From the human T2T-CHM13v2.0 reference genome, Homo sapiens, in the NCBI RefSeq assembly GCF_009914755.1, contig NC_060926.1: a stretch of DNA of 64,000 bases; one strand, written 5' to 3'. Below the pieces are notes generated by a model. That model was not told the DNA's origin. It searched no databases and saw only the letters and a list, made by a program, of their open reading frames with translations. Within the stretch, counting starts at the first letter, position 1; every line of letters begins with the position of its first letter. Position numbers and translations under genes: made by a program. Positions 39,684 to 55,156 of this stretch are shown piece after piece.

Positions 39684-41531
39684 GATGTCATTTGTAAAGA
39701 TATTACATGTTTCCTATAACTCGCCATTAAAATCATCTGATCCTCTAGTATATTATCAAAGTAATACTTTGGTGATTTTTAATGTCCTCCACAATTATTA
39801 GTCTGTAGAAGTTTTCCCCTTCCTCTTGAATTGAATTTGGCAGTATAAATGATCTAAGAACATTTCTCCATTCATCAAGAATTTTAAATGTGCTTTTATT
39901 AAATTACACATAATAAAACATGGGCTCTATATCCAGGACTGCTACAGTTACTAAACTTTTTTCTTCAAAACCTTTGTCATCAGCAGTACTTACTTTATAC
40001 TGCTTTTGACAAAAGCTAAAATAGTTAAAACATGCAAAGCTCTTAGACTAGCATGGTAACAATAACATGGACTCAAATAATCCTTGCTGCTGTTTTTGTT
40101 ACTATTATTATTGCTGTTATTATCGTTTCCTAAGATACAAATGCCTCAACATCTATCAACTTTCTTATTTTTTTCTCTATTTTTTGTTGATTCATTGATT
40201 TACATTTTTGAAGATTTGTCTATTTCTCTTTTATTTCATAAGTAACAACTGTTAATCTCATCCTTTTATTTCACCCTTTTTTTGGTCATTTATATTAGCT
40301 GCGTCGATCGGTTAGAATGCTTTCTCCTGTAATTATCAGAAAACCTAACCCATACTAACTTAAACAATTAAGTGGATGTAGTGGCTCAGTTCCTGAAGTA
40401 TTTGGAAGTAGGGGAGATTCGGGCATTCTTTGTCTAGGGCTCCAGCTCTATTTCCCTACAATTCCTTCAGCTCCACACTTGTCTCTTTTTTGGCTTCCTA
40501 CTTAGGCTGGCTTTCCCTCATGATTTTGAGGTGTTCATGATCAGCAAACAAGGTTCCTCCGAGTAAAGACAGAGAAGCTTGTTTGCTGCAACCATCAAAT
40601 GAAGTATTCAAAGTCACTTTTATTAAACCATATCTCAATCTACCATGACCAATGGGAAAACTATGCACTAATTGGCTTAGGCCTGAACCAATCACTGGCA
40701 AGAAAGATAGGCCCATCTATGGAAGCAAGCAAGGAAATAAGCCCCCAAAACAGAGTTACTACACCTGAGTGAGAAAGAAGTTAGTTTCAATTATCAGCCA
40801 CGTGAATGAGCCTTCTTGGATGTTCCGCCCCAGTTAAGCCCCTAAATAATGTCAGGCCCAGAGAGCATACATGGAGCTAAGTCTAGTCAGCAATAGCTCA
40901 GGAGAGATAACAAAATAATTTTAAATTAAGAGTGTAAATCCATTTAGGTTAGGTAGGTTTTTACATAGCAAAGTAGTTGACAGTATTTTTCTATAGTTTC
41001 CATGATTTGTCTGTTTTTCTCCTTATGTGCCTTTGAATGAAGAGATTTCTATTCATATACAGAAGTTGCTAATGGAGAATGGGCACATTGTCTTTGGTCC
41101 TGATCATTGACAATTTAAGGACTGGTTGAAGGATACTCCACAATATCCCTAGCAGGTTGATATATCCAGCTTGCAACCTAAGTCTCACTATATCTTGAAG
41201 CATTCACCAGGAGTGGAGATGCAGCTACAATTTGGGATCCTTTCTTATATCTACCTAATGATTATTTAACACTTAGAATAAAATGAGTATATGAAAAGGT
41301 GCAATTCTAGATCTCAGCTTGCCACACATTAATTCCTTGAGGAGGCTATGAATCATTGCTGTTCTCATATATCTCTACTTTCTATAGTCTGTCCTGAAAT
41401 GTTTGTGTCTCTGACAATATAGAGGGGAAAAAAACCATTAGTAGCAAATATGGTGCAACAATTTTTAGTTCTCTCAGAAAGGTTATATTCAGGCCAAGCA
41501 TAATGGCTCATGCCTGTAATCCAAAGGCTTT

Positions 41532-41824
41532 TTTTTTTTTTTTGAGACAGAGTCTCGCTTTGTCACCCAGGCTGGAATGCAGTGAGAGATCTTGGCTCAC
41601 TGCAAGCTCTGCCTCCCAGGTTCACGCCATTCTCCTGCCTCAGCCTCCCAAGTAGCTGGGACTACAGGCACCCACCACCATGCCTGGCTAATTTTTTTGT
41701 ATTTTTAGTAGAGATGGGGTTTCACCGTGTTAGTCAGGATGGTCTGGATCTCCTGACCTTGTGACCCACCCGCCTTGGCCTCCCAAAGAACTGGGATTGC
41801 AGGTGTCAGCCACCATGCCCAGCC
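41532..41824 (-). mobile_element. AluY nested in AluJ
   Basis: tgcaagctctgcctcc...ttcacgccattctc diagnostics; TSD aatccaaa(g/a)gcttt. Confidence 0.92.
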
Positions 41825-41911
41825 AATCCAAAAGCTTTGAGAGGCTGAGGGGAGGATTATTTGAGGCTGGGATTTGGAGACCAGCCTTGACAAAATAGCA
41901 AGTTGTCTCTA

Positions 41912-42474
<563 letters not shown>

Positions 42475-42842
42475 CAAGCAAAATCCTGTCCCTAAAAAAA
42501 AAGAAAAATAATATTCATGCAGGAGAAAGAAAATATCATTTGGCATAAACTTTGAATTTTTCTACCACTGCCAGAAAAAAATATAGAGATGAAACAATCA
42601 TCTTCCCACCTTCTCTTGAACTAATAGATTTGTTGTGCTCTGGCAGTAAAGCACAGAGACTAGGGACAAATTCCAATGATGCCACTGGTGACAATTTCTC
42701 CCAAAATCTGGTCATAGGTTGACTAAGTTTTATTTTTTGTTGTTGAATGTTTAATATTATCTGTGACTTCTTAAATTCTTCCACTGAGGTTGGAATAACA
42801 GACAATCAGATTAGAATGTTGAATCATACTTCTTATAGGTAC

Positions 42843-43222
42843 TATAATGGTTAATACTGAGTGTCAACTTGATTCGATTGAAGGATACAAAGTATTAATC
42901 CTGGGTGTGTCTGTGAGGGCATTGACAAAGGAGATTAACATTTGAGTCAGTAGGCTGGAGGAGGCAGACCCACCCTTAATCTGGTGGGCACCATCTAATC
43001 AGTTTCCAGTGAATATAAAGCAGGCAGAAAAACTTGAAAAGGCAAGACTGGCCTAGCCTCCCAGCCTACATCTTTCTCCTGTGCTGGATGCTTCCTGCCC
43101 TCCAACATCAGACTCCAAGTTCTTCAGTGTTGAGACTCGGACTGGCTCTCCTTGCTCCTCAAGCTTGCAGACAGCCTATGTGCAACCTCACAATTGTGTA
43201 AGTTAATACTTAATAAACTCCC

Positions 43223-43267
<45 letters not shown>

Positions 43268-43308
43268 TATATATATATGGGTGTGTGTGTATACATATAT
43301 AATATGTA

Positions 43309-43355
<47 letters not shown>

Positions 43356-43390
43356 CCTATAGTCCTGTCCCTCTAGAGAACCCTAATACA
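42843..43390 (+). mobile_element. MLT2A solo LTR (HERV-L) with internal TA/TG microsatellite
   Basis: atggttaatactgagtgtcaacttgatt...ctctagagaaccctaataca; TSD ggta(c/t). Confidence 0.9.
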
Positions 43391-43761
43391 GGTATATAGC
43401 ACTTTAAATTTTCTATTTGTCTCTATTTTTTATATAGAACAATTTAAAACTATATATGAATATATGTTAACTTAATAGATATTTTTAAAAATTTTTATCA
43501 ATATATGTTGATATATATGTAAATATTAATTATGTTTCATTCATATTGATATATATGATATATTCATATACCAATGTGAATGAAAGAAAGAAGAGACAAA
43601 GAAGGATGGAGGGAGGGAGAAAGGAATAAAGAAGAAGAAATACAATAAGTAGTAGGTAGAGAGGAAGTTTTGAGGAAGACAATTTTCATATCATAAGTTC
43701 CAGTGGTTCATATTTCCTTGTATTCACTGTATCCTTCCCTGTATAAATGACTGCTTTGTGT

Positions 43762-44602
<841 letters not shown>

Positions 44603-45288
44603 CTAAATGATTATTTTGTTCTCATTAGGACTGGTTCTGGAAACAAATCTGATACAGATTTGTTTTCAATAATTCATGCTATTTTTATCTCCCACTCTTC
44701 GGTTTTTCTGAATCTCTGGAATTAACCCACTCCTTCAATGTTCTTCGGCCCCATAGTATATTGTTTTGGCCCCATCCTATGCTCCAGACATTTACTCCAC
44801 CTCCTCTGGCTGCTTCCCAGGACAGCCTGTTTTCTGAGAGCTGATAGGAGCTTGTGAACATGCCAGTCTATGTGTTCCTCATGATCATATGTTAACAAGC
44901 TAATCCTGAACATGCTAATAAAATTATCTTCATTAGAAGGTACTTCAAAACGATTAATATGTGGAATTTAATAAAGTCAGGACTATTTGATAGAGCACCT
45001 TTTGAGAAAATATAACAAAGATGTCTTTTTTAATACTTTATTATATACTCTTTTTTTAGTAAGTTCCAAATTATAATACTCATAAAGTTGAGAGTTTTAA
45101 ACAACGTGGGAAGACTATAGAAGGAGACATTTGCAGTTAAAACTGGCATTTTGATACTCTTCTAATTTTTGCAAAGTTGTTATAGCTGGGGCCAATCTAA
45201 CTGCAGGCATTAATGACACAAAAATGAAACTGGAAATGTGATAAACTTCAAACTTCTTTAGTTTCTTCTTCACTTTTACTCTTCCTCC

Positions 45289-45290
<2 letters not shown>

Positions 45291-45333
<43 letters not shown>
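45291..45333. repeat. (TG)n microsatellite
   Basis: About 21 TG units. Confidence 0.95.
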
Positions 45334-45335
<2 letters not shown>

Positions 45336-45955
45336 ATATGAGTTTAGAATATATGTGTATATATATGAATTTATAAACCCATATGTAAAATTTAAAAAGC
45401 TTTAAAGAGAATATATCTTGCCAATAGTATACATCAAAACTTCTCTTTTTTTTTTTGAGAAAAAAATAAAAATGTCTGTATGTGCCTTCTAATGGGTCAA
45501 ATACTCGAAAAGAAAATAAATAATAAAGACAAAACAGTTGGTATTGAAGGAAGTCTACTACTAAAATGGAATCTGAAAAGAGAATTGTAGGCACGATCTA
45601 GAGAAACAAATCCACAGATAATATGTAATCTTATAAAATAACAATGTTGGCTTTATTGCTTCAGAAATCATAAGCTACCTCTTCCATTCTGGCACTTGCT
45701 TGAGGCAGAAATATGGTAGGGGCAACAAAATGTTAAGTGATGCTTTATTATAGGTGACTGTTGGCCCTCTAGGTATAGTCATTTTTATATTTTTCAACTT
45801 GCCCAAGGTGGGAAGATTCCTTGAGTCAGATAATTTTTAAAAATACTTTTCAAAGATATCAAACAAAATTTTTCATTTCTAAATTATTCTGGTAAAAAAA
45901 AATAGTCAAAATAAGAAATACTTAAAAATAAATAAAATCCTAAACTTTATAGCTT

Positions 45956-46257
45956 TTTATTTTTTAAGAGACAGGGTCTTGCTCTGTCATCCAGGCTGGA
46001 GTTCAGGGATGTTATCATAGCTTGCCAAATCCTCAAACTCCTTCTCAAGTGATCCTCCCCACCTCAGCCTCACAAGTAGCTGGGACTACAGGTGTGTATC
46101 ACCACATCTGACTAATTTTTTTTGTTTTTTATTTTTTGTAGAGACAGGATCTCACTATGTTGCCTAGGCTGTTGTTGAACTCCTAGACTCAAGCCGTCCT
46201 CCCACCTCAGCCTCCCAAAGTGCTGGAATTATACGCATGAGCCCCTGAGTTCCGCCT
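45956..46257 (-). mobile_element. AluJ
   Basis: gagacagggtcttgctctgtc ... J-type arms; flanks share atagctt. Confidence 0.88.
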
Positions 46258-46279
46258 CATAGCTTCTTTAAATACTATC

Positions 46280-46672
46280 TTACTTTGGGTTCCCAAAGCA
46301 GACCTTTAGACAAGATTTAAGTGCACATGGTTTATTTGGGTTGTGATCCCAATTAGTAAGGTATAAGAATGGCCAAGTAAGAAAGCAAAAGGAGAAAGTC
46401 AATAAAGAATGTTTGTTGCTAATATGGCAATTGGCCTTCAGTTCCAGAAGTAAACTCTCTGAGGGAACATACAAAGCATCTCAGAAGTTGCCTATTACAG
46501 TTCTGAGGCATTTATTTGCCAACTTTCATTTTTCATTGATTATGGGTCACATTTGCTCTCTACCTGCTAAGCAGAGGAATGCAATAGGGATCAGTGCTTA
46601 GCATGTTTGCTTGCATGTTACCTCTCAAGTGAGTTGAAGAGATATGAACAAGACACTTACCATGTCTGCTAC
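46280..46672. mobile_element. Old MLT1-type MaLR LTR
   Basis: ttgggttcccaaagcagacc...gtgcacatggtttatttggg ... catgtctgctaca. Confidence 0.5.
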
Positions 46673-46899
46673 AAATAGGCTTAATTCATTATGCTTTAAA
46701 ATAGATCTGCTTTAGGTACATGCTTCATAATATAACAGTTTTTCAATTTTGATAAGAATATATGCTTATGTTACTGATGTTTCATGCAGGTCTTAATACA
46801 TATTAAATAGTTTTTGATAGTTCTTGGATGATTAATATATCTTTTACACTTTTTGCCTGCTCTGTGCCTAAAAGGTTGACATTTTCTTCTAACCCCCAT

Positions 46900-47110
46900 C
46901 AGGCAATTATCTCATTAAACTCTCCAGGTTCTGGTAACCCTTCCCTTCCCTGGTGCCTTCAGGCCTAGGTTTGGCAAAGCTTGCTGCTGTTACTAGCTTC
47001 AGCATGCTGCACATTGTTGTTTTTCATAACTCTTGCCCAAAACTTTGTAAATATTTTTATTATATTTTTCTCAGTTATCCAGCCCAAGTGTGGCATTTGT
47101 CTAAAACACA
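46900..47110 (+). mobile_element. LTR33-like ERVL LTR fragment
   Basis: ctccaggttctggtaacc...ccttcaggcctagg...ctgctgttactagc. Confidence 0.55.
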
Positions 47111-49194
47111 GTAATAAAATTCATACATACCATGAAATGCAAGATGTAGAGAACATAAAATAAATATTGCCCTCTCATTACTAGGGGCAACATATGTAGC
47201 TGACACAGGTTAGAAGCATATAATGCAAGATACACATATTTATGTTGCAGAACTCCCAGAATCAAATCTGGAAAAACCACCCCTATTCAGAGAAATGTTA
47301 CATAAGCATGAATGAGTACTCTGGCAGGACTTAAAAAATATGTTTAAATCTACAAGTAGATCAGACTTTTTAAACACCAGATGAAAAGACTCTGAGATAC
47401 TAAAGATTAATTTCACATCTGTAGAAATAAATCAATAATAAAATAAAAGTAATTATCTAATAATGAGCCACATCTCATTATGTCAAAGGATGGACACTCA
47501 AAAGGTGCTACTTGAGTAACTTTGTGCATCCTACTTGCTATATTTCTGCATTACCTTCATGGATGACAGAGAATTCCATCTTCATCTTTGCAAGTATTGT
47601 TAACTTGAAGAGCCTGAAAATCACAGGACTCCACCCTCAATCTGCAACTATATGAAAAAATGGCAGAAGGAATAACACATTTTGTCTTCTTTTAACCAAT
47701 AACAAACTCCCCACTTAGCCCTACAACCACTACACCAGGAGATATAAATTTAATACCATCAATTACCAAAAAAAAAATACTGGTTAGGGACTTAACATTT
47801 TGTAATTGACAAAGCTAATTCCAAGCTGGCCTACACAATAAAGGACATATTTTGATCCACATAAATAAAACTCCAGTACCAGGTCTAGATTCAAGAAAGT
47901 TATACTCCAGTGGCGAAAACCATGTCACCATAAATCCAGCTTCTTTTTGACTTTGAACTCTCCCCCTCATTGGTGTCTTTAATCCTCAAGCCACACATTG
48001 CCTTTCATCCACCATCAGTACAAGATTGATATTATTCCCCTGTGATCAATAATGGCTGCTACAGTTCCAGCCCTCACATACTAACACTTCATTATCCTTG
48101 GAAATGGGGTCTCTTTTTCCTCTCATACAAAGTTCTGGAATTCACTAACCTCTCAGTATCTCCAAATGTGTCATGTACCCTGCCCTGATCTAATCAGTGT
48201 ATGCAGTTGAATGTGACTTAATAATATGGTAAAAGCAGTGGAGATCTGTCTTTGAGCTAACTCATATAAATGAAAATCAAAGAAATGTTAATTCTGTAAA
48301 GGGAAATTGAGGCACTACTGGCGAGAAAGAAGGGAATAAGAACAGGGTAAAGAACGAACACATTTCTCCTACAAAGCAGAAAATATGAGAATTTGGAAAG
48401 AGTTCTAAGTATATAAATTAGTCAAGTATAACCAGAATAACCATTAACTTATTGTCCAAACAAACCCAAAGCATTTTTGAGAGTGAAAGTAGATGCTATT
48501 AATAATTAGGCCAGCAGAAAAGTTGTAAATCAGGACAGTCTCAGACAAACTGGGAAGCATGCCATCCTTGAAGCTCCAGATTCTTCTAACTGCTGCCATC
48601 TCTACTTCAATGTTTCACAGATACATAAAATTAAACGTGATACATAAAATTATCACGTTTATGTATCTGTATTAAACAGATACATAAAATCAATATATTC
48701 TCTTCCAAACTTAGTCCCCTTCTAGTCTTCCCTTTGTGAGTGATACCACCATCCATCCAGAAGCACAATGCAAACCTGGCAGAGTTAGCCTTGACACAAC
48801 CTCCTTCCTGTTATTCTTCATCCAGTCCATCACATTTAGATTGTAAAATACTTTAAATCATCCAAACTCCCCATCTACACTGCAATGTTTCAAGGCCACT
48901 TTTTCATCACCTCGTAATGGGACTAGAGTAATAACCATCTAAGCGAGCTCTCAATATTTATTTTTGCCTTTATTCCAATCTAAATAAGTCATTTCAAAAC
49001 ACAAATGTCATCAAGTCAACTACTTGTTTAAAACATTCAATGATTTCTTATTGATCTTGGAAACCAATGCAATGTTCATATTGAGACACGATCTGGCTGT
49101 GCCTGCCTTTATTACCTGTCTCCCTCTACTGCCCCTGCTCCTTTTTATCCATCTCCAGCCACATTAGTTTTTGTTCATTTTCTCACACATGCTT

Positions 49195-49652
49195 TATTAG
49201 TTTGTCAGGGAAGCCATAACAAAGTACCAAAACCTGGGAGGCTTAAAACAGAAATTTATGATCCTCTGGTTCTGGAGGCTAGGGGTCTGAAATCAAGGTA
49301 TCAGCAGAGCCATGATCCCTCTGAAACTCGTAGGGAAGAATTGCCTCTTTCTAGAGTCTGATGGTTGTTGGCAATCATTGATGTTACTGTTTTCAGCTTT
49401 AGCATTTCACTCTCTAACACCATCATAATATGACATTCTTTCTTCATGTGTCTCTGCTCCTGCATCTCTTCTCCTCTTCTTATGACACCAGTCAGTTTGG
49501 ATTAAGGGTCCATCCTATTCCAGTATGACCTCATCTTAACAACTAATTACACCTGCACTGACCCCCTATTTCCAAATAGAGCACATTCTGAGGTACCTGC
49601 AGTTAGAACTTCAACATATCTTTTGGGGGGATAAAATTCAACCCATAAACAC
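49195..49652 (-). mobile_element. MLT1C-like solo LTR
   Basis: tattagttt...gccataacaaagtacc...aaattcaacccataa. Confidence 0.8.
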
Positions 49653-49909
49653 AGGCTCTATTTCCTTCAGCTACAGACTCTGCACACACTGTTCCTTCTG
49701 CAGGAAACATTCTTCTCTCACTGTTTGGTTGGTTGGTTTTTATTTATCCTTCAATCTCAACTCAAAAGTCACTTTGCTGGGGGAGATTTCTCTTACACAG
49801 CATGAAAGTCAACTTTACCCACTGTATACTGTCTCTATACCCCATATCTATTCTTCATAAGAATTATCAAAATTATATTTGTACTTATTATTTATTATTT
49901 ATGATATTT

Positions 49910-50193
49910 TTTATTTTTCCCCGAGACGGAGTCTCGCTCTGTCGCCCAGGCTGGAGTGCAGTGGCGCAATCTCGGCTCACTGCAAACTCCGCCGCCCGGG
50001 TTCACGCCATTCTCCTGACTCAGCCTCCCCACGCCAGCTAATTTTTTTTTTTTTTTTTTTTTTTTTTGTATTTTTAGTAAAGACGCGGTTTAACCGTGTT
50101 ATCCAGGATGGTCTCGATCTTCTGACTTTGTGATCTGCCCGCCTCGGCCTCCCAAAGTGCTGGGATTACAGGTATGAGCCACCACGCCCAGCC
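49910..50193 (-). mobile_element. AluY with ~30-bp internal deletion and expanded T linker
   Basis: CpG-rich (cccgggttcacgccattctc); cagcctccc joins directly to cacgccagcta. Confidence 0.9.
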
Positions 50194-51424
50194 GATCTTA
50201 TGTATTATTTACCCTAATGCCTAGCATAAGCGCAAAGCAGGCATTCAATGCATATTTATTGGTTTAAGTAAATGAACAAAGGCATAAAAATAAGAACTTG
50301 TTTTCTGATAGCACAAATTGGACTAGAAAAATTTACATTTTGGCAACATTTAGCTTAATGCTCCTGAACACAGGAAATTAGTAGTCTTTAAAGATTTCCT
50401 AAATTCTAAGATTTTATTATATTTTTGGCAATTTTATTCTTTTCCTCTTGATTCATCTCTTAGTGCCCTTGCCATGTTTAATACTCTGGAGTCTTGACAC
50501 TGTAGTCTCTTTTTTCTGACATGATGTATTTTTATTTTGGTTTTAAATTCTTTAATACAAGAGGCAAAAATCAAAGAAAATGGTTATTTTTAACTCTATT
50601 GTAAGGTATATTGTACACTTATGAAGTGTCAAAATAAACTAAAACTCTGAAATTATATGAAGAGCTGCCAAAGCAATTTGTTTTCAATCTATCCATTGTG
50701 TTTAGTATGTTATCATTTTCTTTACTTGTGTTAAAACTTTCTTTTGTCAAGATTCTATGTTGACACAATTGAGTAATGCAGAGCACATCAGATTTTCCAC
50801 TGAGAGTGCACAGTACACTTTCATCTTCACAGTCTTGTATTACCTCAGCATGTAACGGGGCAATTCTATTTAAACTAGAATACACATTCTTTCAGCTTTA
50901 GTTTGTCCTATGTATCACTGAAATATTTTACCATAGATCTTATGTTTTAGTTCTAAAACATAATCTGTTGAAATTTTTGTCTGATTCTTTTTATTTGTTG
51001 TTATACTAGTGCCAACTGACATGAACAACCCAGCTTACTGCAGCAAAACAGATCATATAGACGAGAAGGAAACCAAGAGACAAGGTGAAGAATATGTAAT
51101 ATTCTCAAGACCTAAGCCATGATGATGTTTCTGGGACTAAACTTAGATTAAAGAATCTACTTCTTCTTCATTTGTTTTCTGTATAATTTGTTATTCCTTT
51201 CAACTTAAATTATTTTCTAATGAAATGTTCTGCTTACATTTTTTACCCTCCTACAATGAGACAAATAATAAATTCATAAATATTGCTTGCATAATAGGGG
51301 ACCAATATATATAATGCATATATTATATAATGTATATATAACGTCTTTTAAATGATAAAGGAAAAAATAATTTCTAAATGTATACACTTTCATTGAAAGC
51401 AACCTTAGAGATTAAAAAAAATGC

Positions 51425-51746
<322 letters not shown>

Positions 51747-52404
51747 CTACATATTAAATGATAAAGAGTATTTCTGTCATGTCAAGGTATCATAGATTTA
51801 TAAATCGGCTGACTTTGTCTTCAGATATCAGTATGCTGAAGTTTCTTCATAGAGTGAATTTCAGGATGCTGAAGGGATATATCTACCATCATTATGTCTA
51901 TAACATACTTCAATATTTTATTCTGAAAACTGAACACAATAACACATGCCTATTATCTTATTTATTCCTATCATACTCTGAAGTTAAATGTTCATAAATA
52001 TCTGGCCATTTTTATTTTTCTTTCTATTTTAGAATGTTTTCATCTTCATTTTATAACATACATAGTTTCTGTAGATTCTAATATATACACAAACTTGAAT
52101 AAATATATACTGTTTATTAATTAATAGCCCACCTTGAGGTATTAACTTTAAGTTTAAATATATAGAATGTGCCAAAACAATGGTTTAAAGTTGAACATCT
52201 CTAGACTATTTTTAATTTGAGTTTGCATATTGCATATACCTCATAACTGTATTTGATTTCTGAATTTCACTTTTATTTCAATCGTATTATTTTCTTACGG
52301 GAAAAAAATTTCAATAATTTCTTACAGCCAACTAAGTTAAAAGTAAACCTTTCTGGCTAGTTTTCAATGCTCTCTAAATAACAGGCTTACTCCAAGCAGA
52401 TATG

Positions 52405-53097
52405 CCATATGGTTTGGCTGTGACCCACCCAAATCTCATTTTGAATTGAAGTTTCTATAATCCCCCTATGTGTCGTGGGAGGGACCTAGTGGGAGGTAAT
52501 TAAATCATGGGGACAGTTAACTCCATGCTGCGGTTCTCTTGATAGTGAGTTCTCACAAGAGCTTATGGTTTTATAAGGGGCTTTCCCCTCTTTTGCTCGG
52601 CACTTCTCCTTCCTGGCATCATGTGAATAAGGATGTGCTTGCTTCCCCTTTTGCCATGATTGTAAGTTTCCTGAGGCCTCCTCAGCCATATGAAACTGTG
52701 AATCAATTAAACTTCTTTCCTTTATAAATTACTCCATCTCAGGCAGTACTTTATAGCAGCATGAGAACAGACTAATACAGTAAATTGGCACTGGTAGAGT
52801 GGGGTGCTGATATTAAGATACCCAAAAATGTGGGAGTGACTTTGGATCTGGGTAACAGGCAGAGTAGGAACAGTTTCGAGGGCTCAGAAGAAAAACAGAT
52901 GTGAGAAAGTTTGGAGCATCCTAGAAACTTGTTTGTTTTGACCAAAATGCTGATAGTGATATGGACAATGTCTGTGTACCAAAATGAAGTCCAGTACAAT
53001 GAAGCCCAGGCTGAGGTGGTCTCAGATGAAGATGAGGAGCTTATCGGGAACTGAAGCAAAGGTGATCCTTGCTAGGCTTTAGCAAAGAGACTGGCTG
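52405..53097 (+). mobile_element. THE1 LTR (52405-52779) plus truncated internal region
   Basis: atatggtttggctgtg...gactaataca, then gtaaattggcactgg internal start; internal region is paralogous to 29126-29416 and stops abruptly. Confidence 0.88.
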
Positions 53098-54784
53098 ATT
53101 TTTGGTACTACAATATTTTATAATATCAAAAGCAATAAAATCAATAACAAAAAAACAGAAAAAGTTGTGAAACAGGGAAAATCTTATTTCCAAATTACAA
53201 CATAATTAGATTCAAATGTCTAGTTCTTAACCGAAAGCCAGAAGGCATACAAAGAAATAGAGGAAAGTATGGCCAATTCAAAGGGAAAAAAAGAACAACA
53301 GAGACTGTGTCTGTAGAAGACCTGTTGGCATATCTATTAGAAAAAGCCTTTAAAATAGCTATTTTAAAAATGGTCAAAGAACTAAAGGAAGATGTTAATA
53401 TATTCAAGAAAACAATGTATGAACAAAATTGAAATATCAATGAAGATATAGAAAACTCAAAAGAAACCAAAAAATTCTGGAGCCGAAAATTACAATAACT
53501 GAAATTACAAATTTACTATGGGGATTCAAAGGTGGAATTGAGTAGGCAAAAGAACCCATGAGCTTGAAGATAGGACAATGAGAATTACTGATTCTGAAGT
53601 ACAGAAAGAAAAAAATTTAAGAAAATTGGTCCTGTAGAATCTGGGGACACTATGAGCTGTCTAAAAGCTAGTATTATTGCAACTTTGGTTCAAAGCTTCA
53701 AATTGAGTCTTTCTACATAATTTAAGATACAAATACAATTAAAGGATTTAATAGTTTATGTTTTGGGTCATGTAATATATATAGATGAAATTTAGAGATA
53801 TCAATAACTGAAAAAGATGGAGACAGAGGTAGTAAAGAAGCAGAGTTTTTGTGTGTTATTGAAGTTAAACTGGTATAAATTTAGATTACAGTGTTGTAAC
53901 TTTAAGATAATTCCCATTGTAACAAAAAAAAATATAGAATTACAAAAGAAACTGAGAAAGGTATAAAAACAATGTACTACGTAAAAAGAACTAAACACAA
54001 AAAAAGTGCAGTTATGTCAAAAATAAGAGGCATGGAAGCTATAAGGCATAGAGAAAACAAATAGCAAATGACAAAAGTAAGTTATTCATTATTAATAAAT
54101 ATTTAAATGTAAATGAATTAAACTCTCCAATCAAAAAGAAAGATTGGCAGGATGGATAAGAAAAGAAAAACATGATCCAAGTATATGCCATCTATAAAAG
54201 ACTCACTTGACCCAAAGACACAAATAGTTTGAAAATGGAAGGATGAAAAAAGATATACCATGCAAATAATTACCAAAGAAAGCAGGAGTGGCTATACTAA
54301 TATCAGACAAAATAGACTTTAAATTTAAAAAAAAAGGTTGTAAGAGAAAAAGAAAGACATTAAATATTGATGAAAAACTTCAATACAGCAAGAAGATGTA
54401 AAAAATATAAACATTTACTCACCTAGTAACATACCATCAAAATATCTCAAGCAAAAACTGACAGAATTCAAACATGAAACAGTTTTACAATAATAGCTGG
54501 AGACTTCAATGTCTGATTATCAACACTGGATAGACAACAGAGCAGAAGATAAGCAACACAAAAGAGGACTTAAACAGTGCAATAATCAATTAGACTTAAC
54601 AGAAATATACAGAACCCTCTCCGCAAAACAGCATATACCTTCTTCTCAAGTGCACATGTGATTTTTTTTTTAGAATAGACCATATGTTAGACCACAAATA
54701 AAATCTCAATAGATTTTTAAGAATAGATACCAGATAAACTATCTTCTCTAACTACAATGGGATGTAGTTAGAAATCAGTAACAG

Positions 54785-54980
54785 GATGGGGAACATCACA
54801 CACCGGGGCCTGTCGCAGGGTAGGGGGAAGGGGGGAAGGATAGCATTAGGAGAGATATACCTAATGTAAATGACGAGTTAATGGGTGCAGAACACCAACA
54901 TGGCAAATGTATACATATGTAACAAACCTGCATGTTGTGCACATTTACCCTAGAACTTAAAGTATAATAATAAAAAAAAA
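54785..54980 (+). mobile_element. Short L1PA 3'UTR insertion
   Basis: ggggaacatcacacaccggggcctgtc...ccctagaacttaaagtataataataaaa. Confidence 0.88.
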
Positions 54981-55156
54981 TCAACAGAAGTAAAACTAGT
55001 AAAAGAAGTAAAAACCAGTAACACTGAAAAATGCACAAAATTGTGTAAATGAAATGACACACTCTTAAACAACCAATCAATGAATGAAGAAATCTCCAGA
55101 GAAATTAGAAAATAATTAGGGAGAAATGAAAATGAAAACACCACGTACCAAAACTT

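Larger units (their letters stand above)
48580..50280 (+). mobile_element. L2 3' fragment split by MLT1C and AluY
   Basis: L2 motifs (accaccatccatccag, ctgttccttctgcaggaaac, ggcattcaatgcatatttattg). Confidence 0.6.

Noticed and set aside
45115-45594. 159-aa minus-strand ORF
   Set aside because: Mostly low complexity and runs through a (CA)n microsatellite; only the part after the acceptor near 45211 is kept as a tentative exon.
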